Of a stretch of 64,000 nt of DNA, positions 37,900 to 47,019 are shown in pieces. The notes under the pieces were generated by a model. That model saw nothing but the letters and a program-made list of their open reading frames with translations, did no database searches and was not told the DNA's origin. The stretch comes from Candidatus Limivicinus sp. GTDB lineage: Bacteria > Bacillota > Clostridia > Oscillospirales > Oscillospiraceae. Position numbers and translations under genes: made by a program. Each line of letters opens with the position of its first letter. Positions within the stretch are counted from its first letter, which is position 1. The DNA lies in contig JAZRWD010000032.1 in NCBI GenBank assembly GCA_045599525.1, positions 1,633 to 65,632 on the forward strand, in the 5' to 3' direction.

Positions 37900-38586
37900 T
37901 TACAGTATCTGAACCGGAGTAAAATCAATCTCATCTGCGGAGACCAGCCGGTATTCTGTTCCCTCTCGCCATCCGTTAAAAGCATGCGAACGACTTTTTC
38001 CATGAAGATGCCCGTAACAGCACAATCGGACTTCGTACTCTCTGAACAGTTGCAGGATCTCAGGGCATTCATATTTCATATAGACTGGAGGATAGTGCAA
38101 AAAGGCCAGCTTAGGCAAATCTCCTCCTGCTTTCAGGGACATTTCCAGCCTGAGTATCTCCCTCAGCATTACCTTCTTATCATGTTCTCCGTTTTTTTCT
38201 TCCTCATAAAACCACCCGCGGGTCCCACAGATAGCGTGGCCTTCATAAGAATAGGCGTTGTTATACAGGATATCGATTGTCTTTATATCGTGTGCAGCAA
38301 AGAATTTATAAGCCTTGGTCGCAGTCGTCCACCAGTAATCATGATTTCCTTTTAGAATGATCTTTTTCCCGGGTAGACGGTCAATAAACAGGAAATCCTC
38401 CAGGCAGTCCTCAATGCCCATTCCCCAGCTGATATCCCCGCAGATCACCGTTGTATCGTTCTCATTTAGCCGAGAAAAACCTTCCATAAGTTTTTCTGCA
38501 TGGTTTTTCCATACATCTCCAAAAATGTCCATTGGCTTATCTTTTCCAATAGCCAGATGCGTATCACCCAGTGCGTATAATCCCAT
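37900..38586 (-). CDS. Metallophosphoesterase (calcineurin-like)
   Basis: Motifs GDTHL, CGDISWG, GNHDYWW and YGHLHG are present. Confidence 0.8.
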   Translation of the reverse strand: MGLYALGDTHLAIGKDKPMDIFGDVWKNHAEKLMEGFSRLNENDTTVICGDISWGMGIEDCLEDFLFIDRLPGKKIILKGNHDYWWTTATKAYKFFAAHDIKTIDILYNNAYSYEGHAICGTRGWFYEEEKNGEHDKKVMLREILRLEMSLKAGGDLPKLAFLHYPPVYMKYECPEILQLFREYEVRLCCYGHLHGKSRSHAFNGWREGTEYRLVSADEIDFTPVQIL

Positions 38587-38613
38587 ATCTTACCCTGCTT
38601 TGATGCCAATATA

Positions 38614-38979
38614 CTAATTCAACCGGAACGCATCCGGTATATGCTCAATACGTGCCGGTCGGTCTGCCCCCTCAGGAGCATAGAGCTCCACTACGTCAAA
38701 ACGAGGCTGCAGCCTTGTCGGGTGTCCTGCAAGCCAGAATTCTGCTGCCAGGATGATCTTACGTTGCTTAGATAGCGTCACATATTCTCTCGCGGTCCCA
38801 TAACGAAAGCTTTTTCGCAGCTTTACCTCAACAAAGACAATAAAGTTCTCTTTCCGGGCAATGATATCTATTTCACCCAGACGGCACCGAAAGTTTCTGT
38901 CCAGGACCTCATAGCCTTGCCGCTGCAGGAAAGCCACAGCATTATCCTCGCCCAATTTGCCTCTCAAATGATTATCCAT
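38614..38979 (-). CDS. YraN family (UPF0102) endonuclease-like protein
   Basis: GEDNAVAFLQRQGYEVLDRNFRCRLGEIDIIARKENFIVFVEVKLR. Confidence 0.85.
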   Translation of the reverse strand: MDNHLRGKLGEDNAVAFLQRQGYEVLDRNFRCRLGEIDIIARKENFIVFVEVKLRKSFRYGTAREYVTLSKQRKIILAAEFWLAGHPTRLQPRFDVVELYAPEGADRPARIEHIPDAFRLN

Positions 38980-39581
38980 CAGTGCATTTTCCTTAAAAAG
39001 CTGAGCCGGTGGGCAGGAGACGGGCCAAACTCACGCAGCGCCTCATAATGCAGCTTCGTCCCATAGCCTTTGTGCTGTTCAAAATGGTATTGCGGATATT
39101 GTTCTGCAAGCTGAAGCATGTATCGGTCACGCGTTACCTTCGCCAGAACAGAGGCTGCCGCGATGTCCGCACTCCGGGAATCGCCCTTCACCAGGCAGGT
39201 CGACGGGATCCGTATTCCCTTGTTCCGGTTGCCGTCGATCAGGGCATGCTCCGCTACAGGATCCAGCTGCGCAATCGCCCGGTTCATGGCCAGATAGGTC
39301 GCTTCCAGAATATTCAGTTCCTCGATTTCCTCTACACTCGCGAAAGCTATACCGAAAGACAATGCTTTCTCCTGTATTTGGGGGAAGAGTTCCTCTCTAC
39401 GTTTTTCTGTCAGCTTTTTGGAATCGTCAAGGCCCGGAATCGAGGTATCAAGCGGAAGAATCACTGCCGCTGCGCACACCGGTCCCGCAAGCGGCCCTCT
39501 GCCTGCCTCATCCACGCCGCACAGAATATGACAGCCAAGCTCCTTTAGTATACGTTTCTCCAAATCCCAGGACTCAAGCAT
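38979..39581 (-). CDS. rnhB: Ribonuclease HII
   Basis: CGVDEAGRGPLAGPV, and DSKKLTEKRRE. The ATG at 39581 follows GGAGG and overlaps the ylqF stop by 8 nt. The track start at 39719 is an artefactual extension. Confidence 0.9.
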   Translation of the reverse strand: MLESWDLEKRILKELGCHILCGVDEAGRGPLAGPVCAAAVILPLDTSIPGLDDSKKLTEKRREELFPQIQEKALSFGIAFASVEEIEELNILEATYLAMNRAIAQLDPVAEHALIDGNRNKGIRIPSTCLVKGDSRSADIAAASVLAKVTRDRYMLQLAEQYPQYHFEQHKGYGTKLHYEALREFGPSPAHRLSFLRKMH

Positions 39582-40449
39582 CCGGTACCTCCAGGGTAAT
39601 ACGCCCCAGTTTTCCGTCATGATACTCACTAAGGAGTGTATTTGCCATCCGTTCAATATCATACTCGCCTCTGGATACCAAAAAGCCCCGTTTTCGGGCC
39701 GCCTGCTCCAGCAGTTCAAAACCGTTCATTTCCGGGTCAGGGGTGAATTTGTAGCGTGCTTCCACTGCCTGTGGATAATAATTACGCAGACGGATCATGA
39801 AGTTTGCCGCAAGAGTCTCTTTATCCAGGACATCTGCTTTTATCGCGTTTGTCACCGCCAAAAGCTCACCAACCTCCTGACTGTCAAACTTCGGCCAGAG
39901 TATGCCCGGCGTATCCATCAGATCAAGCCCACGGTCGATACTGATCCATTGCTTACCACGGGTCACGCCAGGCTTGTCGCCCGCGATTGCGGCTTTACGC
40001 CCGGCAACTTTATTTATAAATGTAGACTTACCGACATTGGGAATGCCCAGAATCATAATACGAATCGGGCGCCCGACAAGTCCCTTTGCCTCATAAGCTT
40101 CGATCCGATCCTTCATCATTTTCTTTACCGCCGGTACAAAACCGTTTACTCCCTTGCCACTCGAAGCATCTGTCTCCAAAACAGAATAACCCTTCGCTTC
40201 AAAAAAACTGTGCCATTTTTCTGTGGCTTCCGGGTCAGCAAGATCAATACGGTTCAACACAATCAGACGGCGTTTTTCTCCCGCCAGACGGTCAATATCC
40301 GGGTTTCTGCTGGCATTGGGAATGCGGGCGTCAAGAATCTCGCAAACGCAGTCCACCTGCTTCATGCTGTCCTCGATCATTCGCTGTGCTTTGGTCATGT
40401 GGCCCGGGAACCACTGAATATTCATTTTTTCTATACTGTTTTCCGGCAT
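39574..40449 (-). CDS. rbgA: Ribosome biogenesis GTPase A (YlqF/RbgA)
   Basis: IQWFPGHMTKA, circularly permuted GTPase motifs LNRIDL...GIPNVGKST. Confidence 0.9.
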   Translation of the reverse strand: MPENSIEKMNIQWFPGHMTKAQRMIEDSMKQVDCVCEILDARIPNASRNPDIDRLAGEKRRLIVLNRIDLADPEATEKWHSFFEAKGYSVLETDASSGKGVNGFVPAVKKMMKDRIEAYEAKGLVGRPIRIMILGIPNVGKSTFINKVAGRKAAIAGDKPGVTRGKQWISIDRGLDLMDTPGILWPKFDSQEVGELLAVTNAIKADVLDKETLAANFMIRLRNYYPQAVEARYKFTPDPEMNGFELLEQAARKRGFLVSRGEYDIERMANTLLSEYHDGKLGRITLEVPDA

Positions 40450-40532
40450 AATCCTTCATTCCTGTTCTAATGAGTCTCTGTAATAAAGACAGGGGCAGTT
40501 TTCTGCCCCCGTTGAATAGTTTTACGAATTTC

Positions 40533-41138
40533 TCAGTTGGGGTTGGTAATAAACTGCCAGCGTCCCATCGGATAAATGATTGCGTATACCCGGCCGATGA
40601 TCAAGCGTGCATCCACCATACCGATACGGGAATCACGGCTGTCGGTCGAAGCATTTCGGTTATCGCCCATAACGAACACACATCCTTCCGGAACCGTTTT
40701 GGGGCCGATAAAATTCAGCTTCGTATAGGTTTTCTCATTGATATAAGCTTCCTCAATGGCTACACCATCCACAAATACCTCACCGCTGCTGAAATCGATA
40801 TTAACTACCTGGCCTTCCGTGGCTATGACACGCTTCACGAGGGCTTTGTTCGGGTCGTAGCTGTCCGTCTTAAAGACCACTACATCGCCCTGCTTTGGTG
40901 TATAAAACAGACCGGAGACCAGCATCTTATCGTTATTATACAGCGTCGGTACCATAGAACTGCCGTTTACGTCAATAATACGTACAAAGAAAACAAAGAC
41001 CACCACACAGACGATCAGTGCGACCGCAAGGCACTGGAGCCAGTCAAAGGTCTCCCGGCGAGCAGCAAGTGCCTCTGCCTCTGCTTCTTCAGTAGTCCGG
41101 TTTTTAGGGTTGAGCTTTGAAAAATCTAATTTTTTCAT
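40533..41138 (-). CDS. lepB: Signal peptidase I
   Basis: N-terminal TM helix, GSSMVPTL (catalytic Ser), and VMGDNRNASTDSR. Confidence 0.9.
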   Translation of the reverse strand: MKKLDFSKLNPKNRTTEEAEAEALAARRETFDWLQCLAVALIVCVVVFVFFVRIIDVNGSSMVPTLYNNDKMLVSGLFYTPKQGDVVVFKTDSYDPNKALVKRVIATEGQVVNIDFSSGEVFVDGVAIEEAYINEKTYTKLNFIGPKTVPEGCVFVMGDNRNASTDSRDSRIGMVDARLIIGRVYAIIYPMGRWQFITNPN

Positions 41139-41182
41139 CTTTTCAGCCTTCTTTACTTATCTTCTAATCGATTCAACAATCT

Positions 41183-42169
41183 TCAATGCCTAAGCATCGC
41201 GTTTGCACGCATGACCAGATTCAGCATGAGGTACTGGCCGCCAAAAATCAGATTATTCAAAAACCTGTATTTCGCCGGCATATGCTGAATATACGTATTT
41301 TCCTTCCAGTTTGGGAACTTGTTTTCAAAGTTCTCCCGCAATCTGGCCTGCACAGGGCTTTTCCGGTCAATCAAATTTACCCGGGTAGTCGAGGTCAGAA
41401 GCTGGTTATAATACGCGAGATACTCCAGTTCCTTTTCGTACTGTTCATACATTCCTTTTTTCCGGAACCAGTCCAAAACGTCATCCACCGCATCAATAAT
41501 TTCCAGGTTTCGCTCGGTAGTCTTATTTCGCATAATGGAGCCGCCTCTCTGCATGTAGAGATACCACGCTTTCGGGATATACGACATACGTTGGGCCAGC
41601 ACCAGCAGTTTTGGCGTGGTATGCAGATCCTCGTACCACACGCGGCTTGGGAATCGTATATCGTTATCTACGAACAGGCTGCGCTTATAGAGCTTGTTGC
41701 AGGCAGACGGGTCAGAAAACAAGGCCTCCGGATACTCCTGTATGGAAAAGTCTCCCGCCTCCCTGGTCATACTGACCGTTCTGCCGCTTACACTGCCGTC
41801 CTCCCGCACCACAAGATCGTCAAAGATAATCATGTTCACCGGTTTATTGAGGACAGAGAAAATTTCTTCCAGTGCACCATCTGCCAGACGGTCGTCGCTG
41901 TCCACAAACAGAAGCCACTCACCTGTGGCCATCTCAATGCCAATATTCCGCGCTTGGCCAAGGCCTCCGTTCGGCCCGGAATGAATCCTTATCCGCTGCG
42001 GGTATTTCTCAGCATATCGTTGCGCAATAGAAAGCGAATTATCCGGGGATCCATCGTCCACCAGAATGATCTCATAATCCGTCTGTTTCGTCTTCAGGAC
42101 AGAATCCAGGCAATCCGCCAGATACGGCTCCACATTATAGATGGGAATGATGATACTCAGTTTTATCAT
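41183..42169 (-). CDS. Family 2 glycosyltransferase
   Basis: LSIIIPIYNVEPYLADCLDSVLKQT-like N-terminus, ILVDDGSPDNS, and FVDSDD (DxD). Confidence 0.85.
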   Translation of the reverse strand: MIKLSIIIPIYNVEPYLADCLDSVLKTKQTDYEIILVDDGSPDNSLSIAQRYAEKYPQRIRIHSGPNGGLGQARNIGIEMATGEWLLFVDSDDRLADGALEEIFSVLNKPVNMIIFDDLVVREDGSVSGRTVSMTREAGDFSIQEYPEALFSDPSACNKLYKRSLFVDNDIRFPSRVWYEDLHTTPKLLVLAQRMSYIPKAWYLYMQRGGSIMRNKTTERNLEIIDAVDDVLDWFRKKGMYEQYEKELEYLAYYNQLLTSTTRVNLIDRKSPVQARLRENFENKFPNWKENTYIQHMPAKYRFLNNLIFGGQYLMLNLVMRANAMLRH

Positions 42170-43707
42170 AGTGTTCTTTCCTCTGCAAGCATTTTTCGGT
42201 CAGACCTTCCGGCAGTCTCAAACCAGATCAAAGCCAGGACCAGGGAAAGGAAGATAGAAACATTCGGACGGCGTAATACCGCTCCGGACATCTGTGCCAG
42301 ACCGAGCTGAAGGAGCAGACACATCATCAGAGAGAAATTCAGCGGTGTATAGCTCCTGCGCAATGCCGTTACCAACGCCTTCAGAATCAGGACAAGGAAG
42401 TGGGCTATAAAAAGGACATACAGTGCAAAACCAAGATATCCGTAGTAATAGTATATGGCCGGCCAGTCGTTTTCCAGATCATCTTCCCCGGTCGGCCCAA
42501 TCTTATAGATTTCAAAGCCTACAACTCTGGTCAGAGAATCACAATCCTCAAAGATCAGGTGAGCAAGCATTCGCTTCTGCACACGGACATCGATCAGTCT
42601 TGCTGCGTCCGTTGTCATATTGTAGGCAGCTAAAACTCTCCGGATATCATAATTATCCAGCAACTGCGGGATTCCCGCATAGATCATTTCATAATAGAAG
42701 GTCTGAAAGCGTCCAACGAGATAATCATCCGACAACTTTTCCTCCAGTGTCATATGATCAATATCATAGCCCAACTCCAACAGCTCCTGCTTAAAGGCAT
42801 CCGCATTTTTTTTACCGGTCCCCCGCTCCATGGCATCCTGTTTTGCTCTTGGCGTATAGGGATAGATCACGATTGAGGTGATAAACAGGACCACAGTCAT
42901 CACAAGCACCCCCAGCTTAAGCTGCTTCTTCAGCACAAGCTTTCCAAAAAGTTCAAACGCCGCAAAACCGGCCATCAAAGCCAGGGCGGACGCATAGCAG
43001 GCCTTTGTCCCGTTTGAAAGCAGAAGCAGTAAAACCAGCGCCGGCGCGCAAACATTGACCCAAAGTCGGTCGGATGAGGCAGCAAAATACATAAGAAAGG
43101 CGCTGTAGGTCACCAGAAGGATGCTGTTTGCACACCGATTCGTATCGATCACCCACCCGCTGAAACCGGTCGTCCCGCCGTAGGTGGAGTTCCAGGTCCC
43201 GGTGATTAATGCCAGGAAAAGCCCCATCAGGTACACGCCCATTGCCGCCGCAATGCCCTGAATAATCTGCTTTTTCATCGTTCCGGGTTCTTTTTCCGTA
43301 CGCATTGCGTAAGTAAAGCACATTGTCAGTACCGGCATCTGCACCACACGAAGCATATACTGCAGATCTTTCACCAGACTGCCATAGCCAACGCGGAAAC
43401 CATTGAGCACGTGCAGCAGGCAGAATGTTCCGATCACACACAACCCAGCGAACAGCCGTCTCTTTTGTATTTTCTCTCCCGGCAGCACGAAAAGCGTGCA
43501 AGGAAGAGCCACAAGAATCAGCAGCCGGATATATCCTGCCGCCGTCGCCACGCTGTCCTGCATCCAGTACGCCAGAATGTCCAGCAGCGGCTGCAGCACG
43601 ATCAGCGCAGAAAGCCATGAGGCCTGCAAAATGTTTTTTCTCTCTGTCCTCATTCTTTTCCTTCCATCTTTTTCTGCAATCAAATATACTCGCTTATGCT
43701 TACCCAA
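42166..43707 (-). CDS. O-antigen ligase/polymerase-like polytopic membrane protein
   Basis: ~10 predicted TM helices with a ~200-aa soluble insert. The composition and the LLLLLSNGTKACYASALALMAG segment resemble the Wzy_C/O-antigen ligase family. 4-nt overlap with the GT2 gene. An alternative start lies at 43653. Confidence 0.55.
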   Translation of the reverse strand: MGKHKRVYLIAEKDGRKRMRTERKNILQASWLSALIVLQPLLDILAYWMQDSVATAAGYIRLLILVALPCTLFVLPGEKIQKRRLFAGLCVIGTFCLLHVLNGFRVGYGSLVKDLQYMLRVVQMPVLTMCFTYAMRTEKEPGTMKKQIIQGIAAAMGVYLMGLFLALITGTWNSTYGGTTGFSGWVIDTNRCANSILLVTYSAFLMYFAASSDRLWVNVCAPALVLLLLLSNGTKACYASALALMAGFAAFELFGKLVLKKQLKLGVLVMTVVLFITSIVIYPYTPRAKQDAMERGTGKKNADAFKQELLELGYDIDHMTLEEKLSDDYLVGRFQTFYYEMIYAGIPQLLDNYDIRRVLAAYNMTTDAARLIDVRVQKRMLAHLIFEDCDSLTRVVGFEIYKIGPTGEDDLENDWPAIYYYYGYLGFALYVLFIAHFLVLILKALVTALRRSYTPLNFSLMMCLLLQLGLAQMSGAVLRRPNVSIFLSLVLALIWFETAGRSDRKMLAEERTL

Positions 43708-43768
43708 CTGAGCCTGTCATCCTGTCCGCAACGCACAGAACAGGAATCGCTTTTGCTCACTTTGTGAA

Positions 43769-44806
43769 TCAGCAGTACATTTCGCTCCAGCGGCGTTTCA
43801 TTTTCATGCCGGTCTTCATTGTCAGCGGAGGCAATTCCTCACCCATCAGCTTTTTCACACACAAGTACGGCAGATTCACGCCTGCTGCCCGGAACATGGG
43901 AACCCCCGCCGTAAGCCGGGGATTGCATTCCATGATCAAAGGCATTCCGTCGGCCCGTTCACGGATGTCAAAGCCAATGTTTCCGTCTAAGCCAAGCTTT
44001 TCCGTAACATCCGCACACAGCTTCAGCACTTCCGGTGCGTCAACCGTGACACCGTCCAACATAATGCTGTTTTCCATAAGGGTGCTCTTCCGGCAGCAAT
44101 TATACAGGACCTTGCCATGATCTGCCAGAAGGTCCACCGTATACTCTGTACCGGGGAGATACTCCATTACCAGCATCTCCGGCATTTCTTCCCGTTCCCG
44201 GAGAATAGCCGTCAGCTCTTCCATGGAGATCACGGCAGAACTGGGCTTGTCATGAAACAACGCTTCATACCGGGATTGCTTTGCATCTAAAATCCGGAAT
44301 CCGCGGCTGCCGCTACCCTGCGTAACTTTTACGCAGACCCGCTTGTGCGGATACCCCAGAGCAAGGGCAGCTTCTTCCAGTTCCCGTGTGTTTTTTACCG
44401 CCCGGTAATCCGCACAGGGAAGCCCATTTTCCCGCATATAGTCAAACAGAGACAGCTTATTGTTCGCAATCTCCAGTGCCGTCTCTGCCGAAACGGAGAC
44501 CTGTGTTCCAATCTGTGCAAAACGTTCCCGGTTGCGTGCCAGTGCGTTCAGTTCAACGGACATGATTGGCAGCAGCACATCGACCGATTCCTTCCTGCAA
44601 ATTTCCAGTAAAACGTCCACGTACTGCGAATCATCCCCACGCGGCACCGGATAATACGCATCCACCATGGAAAGCATTGTCGGGTCATCGTTCATATCCG
44701 CGCCGATCAGGCGAATCTTCCGCTCTCCGTTTTCCCGAATGCAGGCGGTCGTCCCCGGCATAAAGACGTTTCCGGATGCAGTAATCAGCACAGTAAGCTC
44801 TCTCAT
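43769..44806 (-). CDS. ATP-grasp domain enzyme (carboxylate-amine ligase type)
   Basis: 345 aa. Pre-ATP-grasp N-terminus, then VCVKVTQGSGSRGFRIL and MEYLPGTEYTVD, with a C-terminal ECNPRLTAG-type motif. Confidence 0.75.
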   Translation of the reverse strand: MRELTVLITASGNVFMPGTTACIRENGERKIRLIGADMNDDPTMLSMVDAYYPVPRGDDSQYVDVLLEICRKESVDVLLPIMSVELNALARNRERFAQIGTQVSVSAETALEIANNKLSLFDYMRENGLPCADYRAVKNTRELEEAALALGYPHKRVCVKVTQGSGSRGFRILDAKQSRYEALFHDKPSSAVISMEELTAILREREEMPEMLVMEYLPGTEYTVDLLADHGKVLYNCCRKSTLMENSIMLDGVTVDAPEVLKLCADVTEKLGLDGNIGFDIRERADGMPLIMECNPRLTAGVPMFRAAGVNLPYLCVKKLMGEELPPLTMKTGMKMKRRWSEMYC

Positions 44807-44833
44807 TTGTTACTCCGATAAAATAAAGATAGA

Positions 44834-46051
44834 TTAAAAGATATAGGTGTGCAGAAGATCATCGAAGGTCTCCCGCTTTTTCATCAATTTTGTCGTTCCG
44901 TCTGGCAGCAGTGCGATCATTGCACAGTTCGGCCGGATAAACGGAGGCTTCAGCACATTGGAATAGCCGCCTACGTTGCCAAAGACGATATAGTCTCCCA
45001 CCGCCAGAGGGCCGTTATAGTTTTTCCGCATCACGTCCTGCTCGAGGCATGTATATCCGGTAAAATCAGCACAGGAAAGCTCTTTCCGTTCACCGATTCC
45101 GAAAACTTCCATGGGAAGTTCCTTTAATGTGCAGGTCTCGCCAAGATTGTGTTCACTGCAGTCCAGCACGGCAAAGTTTTTCCCCCGAACAGTCTTCAGG
45201 GCAGTCACCTGTGCAATCAGATCAACGAAACGGTTTACCAGCGTTGTTCCCGGCTCCGTAAACAGTATCGGTCTCTGCTCCGCAGGCGTTGTCCTGTAAT
45301 GCTCTGCAAAAGCACCGGCTACCGCCTCGGCATATTCCCTGTAGGTAGGCACGCTGTCAAACTGTGCAGCAAAATAAGGCGCCATGCTGCCAAACATACC
45401 GCTACCCAGGTCAATAAACCGGGGCGGTTCGGCAAAGTACTTTTCTGCCAGAGCCAGCATATTGTCTGCCCGGCGTTTCCATGCATCCAGTCCCCGGCAG
45501 CGGCTGATATGGCAGTGCAGACCGGTAATCTTCAAGTTTTTTATGTCCCTGATCCGGTCAAAAACAGATGGAATGTCTGCCGGGTCCAGCCCAAACCGGG
45601 AGATAAAATTCTGTCCCACATCGGCGTTTACCCGCAGACTGACCTCGAACTGCTTCGCCGGGCAGGCTCTTGCTGCTTCGCAAAGCCGTTCTGTTTCGGC
45701 CAGATTGTCGATATTGATCAAACTCCCCGCAAGAAATGCCCGTACACCGGCTTCGCCCTTATCCGGCCCGTTAAAAATGATTTTCTCCGGTGGGAAACCA
45801 AGTCTCTCCGCAATTTCGTATTCCATATCGGAAACCACCTCGGCATACCCGCCCAGGCGCTTTACCACGCCGGCAATGTAGGGTGTGTAGTTGGTCTTAA
45901 AGGAATAGGAGATTCGGTATTGCGGGTAGATGTCCTGAAATTCCTTTTGCAACTGAAGATAATTGGCAATAAATCCCTGCTCATCAAACACGTACAGCGG
46001 AGACCCGTACCGAGTGGTGAGTTTCTGAATGAGTGAAAGCGTATAGTCCAT
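44834..46051 (-). CDS. PLP-dependent decarboxylase, fold type III (Orn/DAP/Arg decarboxylase family)
   Basis: YGSPLYVFDEQGF, YSFKTNY (PLP lysine), GLHCHI, and EPGTTLV motifs. Confidence 0.85.
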   Translation of the reverse strand: MDYTLSLIQKLTTRYGSPLYVFDEQGFIANYLQLQKEFQDIYPQYRISYSFKTNYTPYIAGVVKRLGGYAEVVSDMEYEIAERLGFPPEKIIFNGPDKGEAGVRAFLAGSLINIDNLAETERLCEAARACPAKQFEVSLRVNADVGQNFISRFGLDPADIPSVFDRIRDIKNLKITGLHCHISRCRGLDAWKRRADNMLALAEKYFAEPPRFIDLGSGMFGSMAPYFAAQFDSVPTYREYAEAVAGAFAEHYRTTPAEQRPILFTEPGTTLVNRFVDLIAQVTALKTVRGKNFAVLDCSEHNLGETCTLKELPMEVFGIGERKELSCADFTGYTCLEQDVMRKNYNGPLAVGDYIVFGNVGGYSNVLKPPFIRPNCAMIALLPDGTTKLMKKRETFDDLLHTYIF

Positions 46052-46713
46052 CAGAGCTTTGCCCCATCGCCAAAGGTCATTTCCAAACGCAGGATTTCAA
46101 AGGCCTCCGCAAATTTTTTCCCGATTTCATATCCACGGAATCCGCAACGGCAGCGTACACCCTCGATCCAGTCTTCTGCGCCGAATTTATTGTACTCACT
46201 GGTATGGCACTTCAGAGACGCAATTTTTTTCTCCAGTGTGCATTCAATATCCACATACAGTGCCGGTTTAAACGCCACATAAGAGCGCCCGGATGGCGTA
46301 ATCGGCTCATAGAAGAACACCGTGTTTCTCCGTCGTGCGGCAGCGATAGTTGCTTTTGCGACGCCCTCATGGGCCTGATGCGTATCAAAGGGGTGGTGCG
46401 TGAAGACAACCTCCGGGTCAAAGGCAGCCATCCTCAGGTCAATGGCATTCACCACGTCCGACCGGAAAGGAATGTCCTTTGTTTCAAAGTCCAGGATCTC
46501 AATATCCTCCAATCCCAAAGTATGCAGGGCATTGAGCCCCTCTGCCACAGCTACCTCGTCGGAGCGCTGCACCTTGCCGTCTTTGTTTGTGTATCCGGAT
46601 TTGCTCATAATGAGGACTTTTACCTCATGTCCGGCCTCGACAGCCTTTGCCAGTGTGCCGCCGCAGGCAATTTCTATATCATCAAGGTGAGCGCCGATTG
46701 CCAGTATTCTCAT
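46051..46713 (-). CDS. PIG-L/LmbE family N-acetylglucosaminyl deacetylase
   Basis: MRILAIGAHLDDIEIACGGTLAK (AHxDD motif) and FTHHPFDTHQAH. 1-nt overlap with the decarboxylase gene. Confidence 0.85.
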   Translation of the reverse strand: MRILAIGAHLDDIEIACGGTLAKAVEAGHEVKVLIMSKSGYTNKDGKVQRSDEVAVAEGLNALHTLGLEDIEILDFETKDIPFRSDVVNAIDLRMAAFDPEVVFTHHPFDTHQAHEGVAKATIAAARRRNTVFFYEPITPSGRSYVAFKPALYVDIECTLEKKIASLKCHTSEYNKFGAEDWIEGVRCRCGFRGYEIGKKFAEAFEILRLEMTFGDGAKL

Positions 46714-47019
46714 CGTCGAATATCCTCTGTTTTCAAGTCTTTATTCAAACTTCCCCTCACGGGAATCGGAAGCAATATCAAATCAATATATTATAGCATA
46801 GTTTCCTTTGTTTGGACACCCTTTTTTCTTTTCTTCCACTGTTTCCTGTATCCCCTTCCCCTAGGCAGAAAATTGCTGCATAGACTTGCCTCGCTCCTCT
46901 TCCTGCGGTAATATAGCAGCAGGCACTGTACTGCACCTTTTCATTGGTGCAGCTTCTGAACGGACAACCGTATGCCTTGTCCTGCTTTAGTGAACAAAAA
47001 TAAGGAGGGGATCAATACA

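Noticed and set aside
42953-43618. 221-aa alternative-frame ORF inside the O-antigen-ligase-like gene
   Set aside because: It is on the same strand but in a different frame. Its Arg/Gly/Ala-rich translation is typical of an off-frame read, and the main frame gives coherent TM helices.
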